Below are positions 13,101 through 25,200 of a stretch of 64,000 nt of DNA, in pieces; position 1 is the first letter of the stretch; each line of letters begins with the position of its first letter. Below the pieces are notes generated by a model. It saw nothing but the letters and a program-made list of their open reading frames with translations. It did not search any database and was not told the DNA's origin. Made by a program: the position numbers and the translations under genes. This DNA is from Phoronis australis (Eukaryota > Animalia > Phoronida): the NCBI GenBank assembly GCA_002633005.1, contig NMRA01000037.1, forward strand, positions 62,001-126,000, in the 5' to 3' direction.

Positions 13101-16100
13101 AACATCACAAATGGAAAAAAATGTTACGCAACAATAAGCATATACTGAAATGTTGAGTTCACAAGAACTTATTATGTTTTGTTGAAGACTTCTGGGTTAA
13201 AGAAACTCCTCCCTGAGTAATATTGTAAAAGGAATTCATAACATAAGAAGAAAATGACAACAAAACTACAAAAGTGACTGCAATAAATTAACTCCTCCAG
13301 ATGTCATTAACTGCAATGACTTCAGTACAAAACTATGTATATGTATAAAGAACATACCAACTTGAAACTGCAACAATTTACACATCCCATAAATGAATGA
13401 CAGAGTCATGCTGTTCACATCTATTTCATCAATTAGTCAAGCATGTTCAATCCACTTGTATGAACAGGTCTCTCTCAACCTCGCATGCTCAGGTGTGACT
13501 AACAAACCTTACCTGTATTTGCAAATGCTGAGTTTTAAAATTTCTTTCAAAAAACACAACAGCCTTGTTTTCAGCCTTGAACATCTTCTTGAGAGCTGCT
13601 TTATAACTGAGTTGAATCAAGGACAAGTTATTAAGTGAACCTCAAGTGTTTACCTTAATCTAGAATGAAACTGAAAAAAAGCCATGAACCCAACAAAAGC
13701 ATGCGCCATTTTTGTCTGCAACACAAAACACTCAATTCACAAACATTTTAAGTCTCGTCTACACACCATATCATGTGACCTAATGATGTGGCCAGCAGGT
13801 GGCATGCAGATCACACTTAAAAAAAATATGTGATCTATATTTCTACGCCAGTTCAAGACATCCTCGTTAAAAAAACTTAATCTTGAGTATGATAATGTTG
13901 AGGCAAGGTACAAAGGATACTTGTCGATTTCTTCCTTCACGTCAGATGGAACTTTGATCATGCACTGATAATGACCGATTGGACAAATCAGCAGGTGGTC
14001 CGGAGTAAGGCCACCTTTGGCTAATGAGAGGTATGTCTGTAAAAGAAGAATGAGAAATGTTAAAGAAAATACAGTTCACAACATTTCAGAGAGTGCAAAT
14101 CCACTACAAAAAGCTGCTTGTGAAATTGCGCCACAACTCGACCTTTAATGCTTTTGCTTAGCATCAGCACATTAATAGCTCTGTACTCTTAAGTGGTCAA
14201 ACACATTACCTGTGTACCCACGCTGACTATAAGGTGCTTCTCAACCTCAGGACTTCCCAGGCAAAACCAACAGGGTCCTGTCGGGCGAGCTGTAACAACG
14301 GTTGAACATGTTTGTGGCCATGTTACAAATATAACTTCTACAGTGACAACTTTGATCATGAATGTCACTCATGGCTGAGGAGTGATATGTAATGGACTAG
14401 CATCCCATCTAGGGAGAAATGAAAGACTCACCAAGTTATGTTACAAAAACATTAGGTAGAAATCAAACTCAATGAGTGCGACCACTCGTGAAGGATGAAC
14501 TTATGATCACCAATAACAAACATTAACAAAGACCTACGTTGTTTGTTCGGTTTCTTCTCAGCTGGTCCACCTTTTTTGTCTCCCATTCGTTTTTGTGAAG
14601 CTGACTGCATATCGTAAAAGAACTGAGGTGCTGACTGATCTCCAGTCTTCTCTTTAGGTGGTGCTGCCTTCGGATCTGACTTGTAAGGACATTCAGTGAC
14701 ATCTGGTGGCTGTTTTAAGAGGTCTGAAGCTGCCAACTCTGACATAGGTGTAATGTTAAATGCATACAGCCACTGTAATAGAAAATGTATAACAGTAGAA
14801 TATTTCTCACTTAATCTTATCAACTTGAAATTAGCAATTAGGTCCAGCACAACTGTTCTGTGGGCGACAGGACCAAGTGCAACAAGAATGGACAACAACA
14901 AAACAATAGTCAATTAATTTGAGGGCAGAATAGTGACATTTGATGGATTACATTCTCAATTTTTCCTGCTGAAATATGTGAATTACATTCAAAACCTTTA
15001 ATTCCGTGAAAGGAGTCAAATTCTGTGAATTCCGTCTGCTTTCCTGTTACCATGGAAAATCCTGGTCTTTATCCACGTTAATACAGGTTACTGCCACAAA
15101 AATTACTTACAGGGTTAGTTCCTCAATTGGCCACCAGGGGCAGTGCATTAAAACAAGATGCATGGCCACTGAAAACAACTAACCAACAACAGCTAGCTCT
15201 GAGTTCTTGTTACCAAGTAATAAACTGAGTAATCACCTTCTTTTTTGAAGGATTTCCCACTTTGGCCAGCGCGATGAACCGGGACACGTGTTCCGGTTGA
15301 CCAGCGAGAACTTGATGGTTTCTGTAAGGCTGGCGTTCATAAAATATCCCTTGACCACTGGTAAAGTGATAACGCGGTTTTAGTACCACCGCAAGCTGTG
15401 AGATGGCAGGAGATTCCGTTTCGGCCAAAAATGGCTCCTGTAGAAAATTTTAAAAATAATTGGTGACACGTCTTGTTGCACAGTACAATCATACGAACCA
15501 AACTATCAAGGTAAAAGAGCACTTTAAGCATTTTCTCAGCAACTTGTAAAAAAACATTTCTTATGTTATCAGCATTACCATCCCACATCAATCAGGAAGG
15601 TTATGCACCGAGGGTGAATAGGTAAAGCCACACTTCCTAGCACTTACTGTCTTTAGGCAGCACAAAAACATATGAAATCAAAGGTAATACAGTAATATCT
15701 CACCAGTTTCAGATAGCCATAATTGCCAAAACTGATCCTTTTTCGTTTTTCAAAGTCTTCTTATATAGTAGGGCTGCCAACCCATCAAGAACATAATCTG
15801 TAACCTTCGTGTTATAAATCCATATTTTTCAAGTGAAAACTTGCACGATTTTCAATTTTTTTAAATAGAAAATGGTGTGATACACCCAAAACAACAATTT
15901 GTCACATTGTAGTGCAGGAAGCCTACAAATTCTCAAAACACTGAACTTAAGAATGATAAACTGTTTATTTGAAGCGACTCGAGAAAAAAATAAATTTCAA
16001 GTAATAAAACCTGGAATTAGAAAATTCCATCTGCTCCAAACAACATGCATTGGATCCGAAAAATTTTTTTAAGAGCTGTCGCGATTTTTGTGCTGAAACA

Positions 16101-19100
16101 TTTTACCACGGGTAAATGCTCTGGATCTTCTTTGACGCCATGACAGTGAAGTTGTGGATGAACTTCAAAGTCAGCGTTTACGTAAACAACGACATTGTAT
16201 TAATCGATGTTTCAGTTTATTATCCCTAAACCATTCTCAAGACAAAAATAATTACATATATTCCAGTCAGGCAACATTTGTCTTGAGAATGATTTAGTGA
16301 AAATAAATCGAAACGTCGATTTTAAAGTTCGTACTCATTTTTTGGCCAAAAACAAATGTGATCGAAAGTGAAGTTGTATTATCGTAAAGGAAGTGACAGT
16401 GATGTTCAAACCATTATCAGTTCATGAACTATAGTTAACAATAGTCAGTCGGAATACAAAAAAGACATGCATACTGAGGCAGGTACTGAGGCAAGCACAT
16501 GAACATCGTCTGGTCGATCAAGAGCACAGAGTGTGTATAAACAGGCGAAATGTGAATTCTTATTTGGTAAAAAATCTATTTTGCATATTTATCTGTAATA
16601 TGTAGATGATTTTAGGAAATCGCTTATTTATCAATTAAATTGTTCATCTAACTTGAAACTACGTTGTAGATGCCATCTTATGACTACACTAACAAAATCC
16701 CAGTGTGATTGGACCAGGTTCAAAGGTCAATGATTCGATTAGAGTGACTGACAAGGGGCAATCATTTCGATCTATAATGACTATGGCTAACAATAGTATA
16801 TGAAGTGAAAATGACCTAAATATATAAATATTATGATACAATCAACCCAACTTATTTGTGAATAGAGTTGACCAATAATGCATAACTCTAACCCATGCTT
16901 TAATTCAAGTATGAGGTGCTGTTACATTTACATGAGGTGCTATTACATTTACATGGGGAGCTGTTACACTTACAAGGGGTGCTGTTACACTTACAAGGGG
17001 TGCTGTTACACTTAAATGAGGTGCTGTTACACTTACATGGGGTACTGCATACTTTTCCACGCCAGTTGGCCAGGCTGATGTCAACAGTATGTCTACTCCC
17101 TTGAACTTTGAGTTGGCCACAAGAGGGACAGTAAGGGCCTCTGTGTCCTGTTTAGTGAACCGTGTGTCGCTTCCCTCCTGGTCTCCATCCAGGCCACTTA
17201 GGTAGGCCAGCTTCAAGCCAGTGCTACCAGTATACACACCACTCCTACCTGCCAGACAATAATAAATATGTACAGATGCTATCAACCGGAGTTTGGTTAT
17301 TAACGACGATTATAAGTCTGGCCTCAACTTGTTTTTTAATCGGACTAAAAGTGCATTCTGAGCTTCTGAAGAAGTGGTAGTTCATTATTGTGATCATAAT
17401 CAACACATGAAATGAACCGTGAACTTGTCAGAAAATGGATTCACATGTAATGGCAAGTCACAATTTGTCACATGTCAAAATTTGTAAAATGTCACAGGGA
17501 GGTCTCAACTGTCACAGATTTTAGGTGCTTTTTGAAAGTATAAGTCACATCAACTTTGCTTTTGTCACATACGTGAAACACGATATTTGTCAGTGATGAA
17601 GATGAATTCCGCAACTTTACAATCGATGCACCTTAAAATAACCGTACACCCAACAAAACACTAACAGCCATTTTGGATCAACAGAATTCTCCAAATGTCA
17701 CAGAATGTCACCATGTCACCAGGGAATCCATTCTTTGCACGAGACCAGGAGCAAGAAGTTGTAATTACCCAATAAGTCAAACCAACACGTTGACTCTGGT
17801 TTAAACAGTAACAAACTGCCAGCTCTTCCTAACCCCAACCACTCCCAATCTTAGTAAGGAACAAGACTTGAGACCAGTTTCACTAACAGTAACTGGTGGC
17901 CTAAATCACTTAGTTATAGTCTGCTTTGTAACACCTTCAAGGATTAAAGGGTTAAGGAACTCTAGCACTGCAACAGTCAACTAGACTAACCAGAAATATG
18001 ATTACACTTTCATGCACTTTATGAAGTAAAACAGGTACTTGAAATCTTTTTTTTCTAAATTATCCAATATAATAGGTATGGTACAGATCAAACAATTAGT
18101 GTCCTCACCACAATAAAATAATTTAATTTTTTTGTTAAATCAAGGTTCAGTTAAGGTCAACTTACAGTGCTGATATGTACAAAGATTATTTAACATTAAA
18201 ACTTGAAATTTTAGTCAGAAATGAACAATAAGTTTTGTCACTAAATTCCACATACTTTCTATTTTTATCTAAAAAACAAAAATTCAGACTAGTTTTGTTC
18301 AAAAGCGATAAAAAGCAATTATGTCTTCTTCATCAAAAACGAAACAACTTTGAATTCATACTGGAGAAAAACAAAAAGTGACCAACGTCCAGCAGTATAA
18401 AAACTAAAAATTGTTACTTCTCAGTGAAATAGGTCACAACGGAGTTGACACATTGTCTGTTATTGAGACTAAGGTCTGACTAATTGAGACAATGAACAAC
18501 ACAAACCCAGATATGTAATATTGTCACAAAGGTCACCCCCATCCTTGTCTGTGAAATGTTTTCTGTGGTGTGGTTTGTTGGGCCCAAGGATGAACGTCGG
18601 GATGGGAGCTGCAATGTAAAGAAATAATCAATTTCAAGTGTGTTTCACAGATTGTGAGTAGCACTATGACACTACAAAAAGTTTATGACAGTGGGTCCAG
18701 CTGACTAACTCTGACCCCTTTGCACTGGGATATTTTGTACATTTGTCATCAACGTTTAAGTACAGAGACTGGCAGCACGAAAACATTTAGAAAATGTACA
18801 AAACCAGTACAACACAGGGCCACAGGGCCGTCTGGAATTGATCAGGGAATAATCACCTTTGGAAGTCCATGATTTTGAGAACAAGGCAAAATAATGTCCG
18901 ATATCCAATGGGTGACATTGGTTCTAAAGGTTATCTCAAACCTTATTTACTTTCATTGTAACTCGTATATCAAAAACTGGCTTTGTCAACTAGTAAATGA
19001 ATATAATAATATTTTCTGAAAGAAAAAAGATCAGGAATTATAAATCTATGTTTTATATTTATGTGCCGTTATTATCATTACATTAACACATTGTTTATGC

Positions 19101-21826
19101 CAAAATTTCACCATTTTTAAGAAAGGTACATTCATACCAAAATAACCCCTCGGTCAATTTTAGTGAAACCTTTTTTAAATGAAAACTTCACCGGTTACTT
19201 CAAAAACGCTGTTAGGAATTTTCGATTAATAATCTTTTAGTTTGGTTTCTATGACATATGAAGTCGCAAAACGTCAGGTATTTTTGTAAAAAATAACAGT
19301 CGTATTAGGTACTTTGCCAGGCATTATGTGAAATATTGTCAAAATGGACAATTTTTGTGAATAAGGTTAATTTGAGAAATCTGTAAGACTATTGCCACTG
19401 GTTGAAAAGAACAATAATCTAAATATGCCAACTGTCACTTTCTAAAATCTTGTGTAACATACTTATCAGCAATCTGAGTATGAGTTCTCTTAATAAGCAA
19501 GCTTGGTTCTTCATAATTGCCATGATAGATGTACGTCACCAACATGTAACTATGCATGAGTATTCCCACATTTTCCAATGACTGTTCATTTGTCGAGAAT
19601 GTCAAGCATCTAACAAACCTTGTGCTCCACCTGTTGAGTACTTTAGCCATTCTGTATCATCAGAACCGAAGAAGTCGCCAACACAAAGTAACATCTGGAA
19701 ATACAAAACCAGGAATAAGCAACTAGTCATCGGTAGTCAAATAGATGGGTGTACGAATAAATCATGATTAGAAGTCAAGGTCTCTTTCCAAGAAACTGAC
19801 TTCAAAATAAATCGATAAATCTTGAAATGAGCTCTAAAAGTCATTGCCAATCATTCAAAGTGAACTCTCCTTACAAATACCATTGTGGCCAAAATTTTCT
19901 CTGGTAAGCTAAAACTTTTATCAATTTCTTTCCAACTCACATCAAACTGGCCACTCTTCTTTTGAATACTTTCTATTCTCTTGTACAGCTGGTCAAGACG
20001 GCCTTCAACATCACCACTCACCAATCTGCAATGAGTGATTTCAAAAGAAATAAACTAAGACAAGTTCCAATCATAGGCTGTTGAAGATCATCCAATTAAA
20101 CAGTACTAAGCATCACAGTTTGAAGGGCATTCTTCAATAGAACACCCGAGATAGCAAATTTTAAAGCAGGAAATGAATCACAATGAGCCACTGCCGAATT
20201 ATTCATGATTAAGCTAAATTAGCTTGATGAGAATTGTAATGACAAGTCTAAGGCTTCCAGACAAGAGACTTTAGAGGCAGAACAGGAGTGCCATAGTGGT
20301 GCTGTAGTAATAGCCGAGATTACCCGACCCGGGAATCGAACCAGCAACCCCCATAAAACCGGCAAGCGTGCTAACCATTCAGCTAATAGGCAATTGCCAG
20401 TTAGCGAGTAGCTAGCCTAACAGAGGCTCATATATGATTCACCGGGAGCACATCTACAACATTCCTCCCTTTCCTACGGAACAAGCACGCTACCAGGAAG
20501 GTGAACACCAGGATGTCTCACATACAGGTTATCAACGTCCCTTGGTACCTTTACCAACAGATCACAGGTGAACTGCTCGAAGAAAAAGTTTGATAACGGA
20601 AGTATTTGTTCGAGTTGGAAGGAATTAAACACATCGACAACCTCCTAAGGTGTTCCTCTATGCGCAAAAGGTATTTATAACAACATGACTTTGATGGCTT
20701 AGTCGGTGCGAGGCATAATTCGCCGAAAAGCTTCCGGCGTACAGAGCGCCTATAGGAGCTGCATCGCCTCTGGTTCGGGCCAACAGAGGCGATGGTCATT
20801 GCCTAGTTAACGAGTAGCTAACTGAACTAGTCGGATATAATGGACCCTAACTTATTCCAAATAAATCCACTAAATATAGGAATAAATGATTTTGGTATCG
20901 TTGCATTCCTCAGACATCTAGCTATCCGTACAAATCCTTTCCATGACCCTCAATTACTCAAGTCTATAACTATGCTATTCCGAACTCGGTCCACTTTAGC
21001 CACGCGCATCGTGAAATCGGCAGCCATTTCAGGGAACTTACTATATCTAGCGCCATCTATCGGCGATTTGCTACAACACGTGCTGTTCCTTTTTCATCAG
21101 TCAACGTCATTGGTCGATTTCGTCAATTATTAAGGTCATCGTTATTAATCATCGTACGTCTGCTCTCGTCATCACCTTTGTCGTCTCTCTCACTATCGTA
21201 TCTGTCATCGTCATGTTATCGTCGTCCATGTTGACTGATGAAAAAGGAACAACGCATGTTGTAGCAAATCGCCGATAGATGGCGCTAGATATAGTATGTT
21301 CCCTGAAATGGCTGCCGATTTAACGATGCGCGTGGCTTAAGTGGACCGAGTTCGGAATAGCATAGTTATAGACTAGAGTAATTGAGGGTCGTGAAAAGGA
21401 TTTGTTCAGATAGCCAGATGTCTGAGGAATGCAACGATACCAAAATCATTCATTTAGACCTATATTTAGTGGATTTATTTGGAATAACTTAGGGTCCATT
21501 ATATCCAACTAGTGCCAGCCTCGGCGAGGCTCATATATGATTCACCGGAAGCACATCTACAACAGTGCCCTTGATCCGTAAAACAGGAAGGAGTGTTGTG
21601 ACAAGTGCATGTGACATCCAGGTGTGGCGTAGAGTTGAATAAGGCCTCTCCAATTGCCGCTTCAACGATCGACTCTTACACGTTACCAGCGGCAGCGGCC
21701 CGGTAACATACTTCACTTCAATTCAATAGATCAATACCGAAAACCATGCAATGGCAATAAAAACCCTGTTCCTGCTGAATAAAGTCCTAAAAACATTGAC
21801 AGTTACTCTTACATCTTCAAACTCAT
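10173..21826 (-). CDS. CWF19L1: CWF19-like protein 1 (metallophosphoesterase-like N-terminus + CwfJ domains), 522 aa, 13 coding exons
   Basis: Exons 21813-21826, 19941-20025, 19619-19694, 18507-18608, 17037-17248, 15237-15437, 14538-14772, 14210-14289, 13921-14036, 13513-13606, 12708-12821, 11790-11887, 10173-10314 (1569 nt, phases consistent). Motifs [88 protein letters not shown]. Confidence 0.96.
13607..13920 (-). other. U12-type (minor spliceosome) GT-AG intron in CWF19L1
   Basis: Donor GTATCCTTT; branch-site-like TCCTTGAT (13616-13623) about 10 nt before the AG; no long pyrimidine tract. Confidence 0.85.
16202..16321. repeat. Imperfect inverted repeat, about 44-bp arms (probable small MITE)
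   Basis: aatcgatgtttcagtttattatccctaaaccattctcaagacaaa / tttgtcttgagaatgatttagtgaaaataaatcgaaacgtcgatt. Confidence 0.7.
16911..17036 (-). repeat. 6 x 21-nt minisatellite starting at the CWF19L1 exon 5 donor
   Basis: Unit GTAA(G/A)TGTAACAGCACC(T/C)C(A/T)T; reads in frame as VSVTAPH-like heptads. Confidence 0.95.
18928..19306 (+). mobile_element. DNA transposon fragment (Kolobok-like terminus AGGTTATCTCAAACC)
   Basis: About 380 bp homologous, in reverse orientation, to 32225-32570. Confidence 0.7.
20303..21564 (-). mobile_element. Non-autonomous LTR retroelement (TRIM-like) with a tRNA-derived LTR
   Basis: 3' LTR 20303-20461 (TGTTG...TACA); PPT AGGAAAGGGAGGAA 20462-20475; partial 5' LTR 20798-20820 + 21514-21564; GTGC on both flanks; A box TAGCTGAATGG 20375-20385; B box GGTTCGATTCC 20332-20342. 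Confidence 0.8.
20826..21513. mobile_element. 688-bp foldback element with about 280-bp inverted arms
   Basis: Arms 20826-21105 and 21230-21513 are near-perfect reverse complements starting ACTAGT(C/T)GGATATAATGGACC; spacer is TCGTCA-rich. Confidence 0.9.
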
Positions 21827-22207
21827 GCCTGGAAATTCAGATTTCAAAGAATCATAAGTCAAATAGGCCTACTACAAGCACTCGACAGAATGCAAACCAA
21901 TGCACCACACAGCTTCACGTTCACGCTGCTAAGGTCAAGGTCGGGGTTATTTAACTATTTGAATAATAAACATAATTATACATTTAATCAAATACAAGGA
22001 AGAAATAAATCTTAAAAAAATATTTTTGTAATATTAATAAAGCTAAAAAAATTCAATAATCATTTTTTTAAATAAAAATGCTCATTTAGGATATTTATCA
22101 AAAAAATGTTTTGCTGTGCGGGCTAGCTGTGTTTACAAATGGCGGACGAGCTGATCGGTGAAGTCGTATGAAAAGGGTTCGAGTAAACGCATTTTTGGCA
22201 AACAAAA

Positions 22208-25200
22208 ATGACTGATGGGTTCGGTGCCATAACATGGTGGGGATTCACTCCTGCTTTAGACTTGCAAGATCAAGGTAATTTGTAAATTTTAACTGAGAGT
22301 GAGAAGAGATAGCTAGTTACAACTTACTGTTACTAATGTTAGAATTATTAAAATTTAAATATGCCTAACTTGACTTGGTTGCCAGTGCAGTGTTCGCTTC
22401 ACTCCTCAGACAGTTTTGCAAAAAGTAAGACACTTACGATTTTTTTACAAAACGTAATTATATTTTAAAAAACTATAATAGCATTTTTGAGATTTCGTCT
22501 TGAAGAATTATATTGATCAATAGAAATTTGGTCAATGTTGTTATCGCTATTGTATTGTTTTACAATGAATGTCCGTTTCTTTTTAGTTTCATTAAAAATA
22601 TTTGCTCATGTGTCCCTATTAAAATCAACGTCTAAAGGCTTCCTACTTTCAGACAACACAATTTTACAGTGTAAATTTCTGTTGAGTAGATATTAGGCTA
22701 ACTGTGCAGAGTTTCAATGAGGTCCTACATAACTATAACTTTAATGAACATTCCTTGTTCCAAAGCAGTCAATTTGAAATAATGGAACCATAACTATAAC
22801 TTTAATGAACATTCCTTGTTCCAAAGCAGTCAATTTGAAATAATGGAACCATTTAGATGATGATGTGTGTGTCATATTCACAATGTCACTGAACTTTTGA
22901 CCTGGTTTTAGAATTGGAATCAGAAATGTTTATTGTATGCCTGTGTAGGCCTTGACCTCATAATACACTTTATATTTACAACTTTACAATGGTGGTGAAA
23001 TTTTAGCTCTTAGGGCCTGTTTTTAATATCTCTCTCTTATTTTTTATTTCAGATGTCACTGGCCAACTTAAATCTCTGAGTCTTGACAGTTCATCTCAAG
23101 GTGAGTTGAATTTTGCGTTATTCCAGGTAAAAATGTTGGCTAATGTGTGAATTTAGAGTAATTTATTTAATTTTTCATCCCTTGTTATTTTTTCAGTTTT
23201 CTTACTGGGACAATAATAATAGTTTGGTGCTGTGTCAAACATTTGTGGTTAAAAATTGTTAAATGAAGTTTTGCAATTGTGTACGTCTTATCTGTTTACA
23301 GTTTTGAATGTCCTCTTGGTTGGAGCAGGAGATTGCCGACATGTTTTGAAGACGATAGCCAAGTCTTATAAATGGCAAAAGAGAAAAATAAATGTATGTA
23401 TTGACTGGTGTGTTATTAGAAATGCCCTGCATTTTCAACATGTTACATGCTAATGGGATAGGTGTCTTTTCAAAAATGCATCTCTTCAGACTTTAGCTGC
23501 CAAAACACGAAAGAATAAATTAACCCATTTAATCTCATGAAGTCAAAATCATAATATTCATTACTATGATAGGATTTGACTTTCATTACCAACAATAACT
23601 TCTAAAGTATCAGTGACTCAACGGAATGCTGCAAAAATTTATAAGGGTTGCCTATCTGCGAATTCGAAAATGGCACATGCGCTACGCATTGCCTGTGACT
23701 TCAATTGCCGGATCATTTGCAAACAAGTTTAGATGGAAGGAGCGTGATAATATTTTTAAACCCCAAAGTGCTTCAGCCAAGAATTCAACTTTGACAGAAA
23801 AAATGTTCCTGTAATAAAAGTAGAACTTTAATGCAATTTTTGCATATATTTTGAACCGCTGATATATGTGGGTTTTTATTGCTTTCATCTCGGTGTATCT
23901 GTCATTTCTTTATTCTTTTTGAAAATGTCATTGTACTCTTTCATTACAGTTCTACATTCTTGAAAACAGCCTGGAGTTATACGCTAGAGATATGTTGTTC
24001 CTACTGTTGGCTTACGAACCTGCAAACAGGATGGGTTTACAAGGTTTGTTGTAGATGTGTAATTCAAGTAAATGATGGCATTTTATCAGCTGATGATTTA
24101 GCAATATCATTGCCATGATCTGTTGTCCTAAACTTACCTTCAAGTCCTGGGATCCGTTTCAGAGACCGTTGAAGGACTGGGGACTATTGAATAATGATGT
24201 GAGTATGGCATGTTGCATCATTGTCCTGGTCTTTATGTCTCAGGAGAACTCCACCGCGTGTTTCGACAACCGATCATTGACTGTTGGATCATTCTATGTT
24301 GTATTGTTTCAATATCGTATGCTTTCCTTGTCATTGGACATACATGTTGTGTTAACAGTCTTTAAACATATCTTTCATAGAGAAAACCGAGTTGTTTCTG
24401 GAATTGTTTGGCAACAGTCTCATAAGGCAGCAGTCTTTGGAGTATGTGGAGAGGATGGCCAACTTGTGCATAAAGTAAGGTGTTTAGTCAAACTTTGCAT
24501 TCTTCATATTGAACTTTGAAAAGTTACTGGAATGAAAAGATATGATTTCTGTGATTCAAATAAAGTCATTATTTATTTGAAATTGCTTTTGTCTTTTAAA
24601 ACACGATAAAAGGTGGAATGAAAGCTGTAAAAGGTCAGGACTCTGTGAAATAAAGCATGTCATTCACTTACATTCATAGCTCAGTTTCAATTTGGTCCTT
24701 AAGTCAAACATAAACATTACATTAAGAAGTAATTATAGGAAGCATCACCGAAGCTTGAATGTATTTCTGTTACAATTAGTTTCCTATTACATTGGTTTCA
24801 CCTGTCTAAGCAAAGTCTGATTTCAGTTAACTACAGAAAATATGTAGAATTGGCGGTTTTTGAATGATGTGCAATGGCTTGTGCTGTGTTTCAGGATGGT
24901 TACTGACTTTGATTTCTTAGAAAAGAAATTTCCTCTTCTGGACCTCTCACTTCTTAAGGTGAGTCTCCCTGAACAGTTTCACATTTCAGTCATGACACAC
25001 TGTATGCTCTGTTAAGGTGACCCATCACTGTATTCATTTTGTTTGCATCGTAATCTTTTAAGGGCTTTTAATCTCCAATAATCCCCTGGTAAGCCATGGA
25101 CATAATCCAGCTGAATTCCCATGAATGCTGATTTAGAAATAACTTGCAATCTTGTTACTATTTTGCCTTAGTGCTAAAAAGTCACCTGTCAAAATTACTT

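Noticed and set aside
15128-15146. GGCCACCAGGGGCAGTG as a CTCF site
   Set aside because: One G short of consensus spacing; cannot be supported alone.
16911-17036. CRISPR-like array
   Set aside because: Head-to-tail repeats with no spacers, in eukaryotic intron context, and no cas genes.
17430-17735. TGTCAC-rich segment with weak terminal inverted repeats
   Set aside because: Probably an old MITE, but its ends and TSD could not be defined.
20323-20391. Functional tRNA gene
   Set aside because: A and B boxes are present but the anticodon, T and acceptor stems do not pair properly; it lies inside an LTR.
20551-21133. 82-aa and 97-aa ORFs within the nested elements
   Set aside because: No gag, RT, integrase or transposase motifs.
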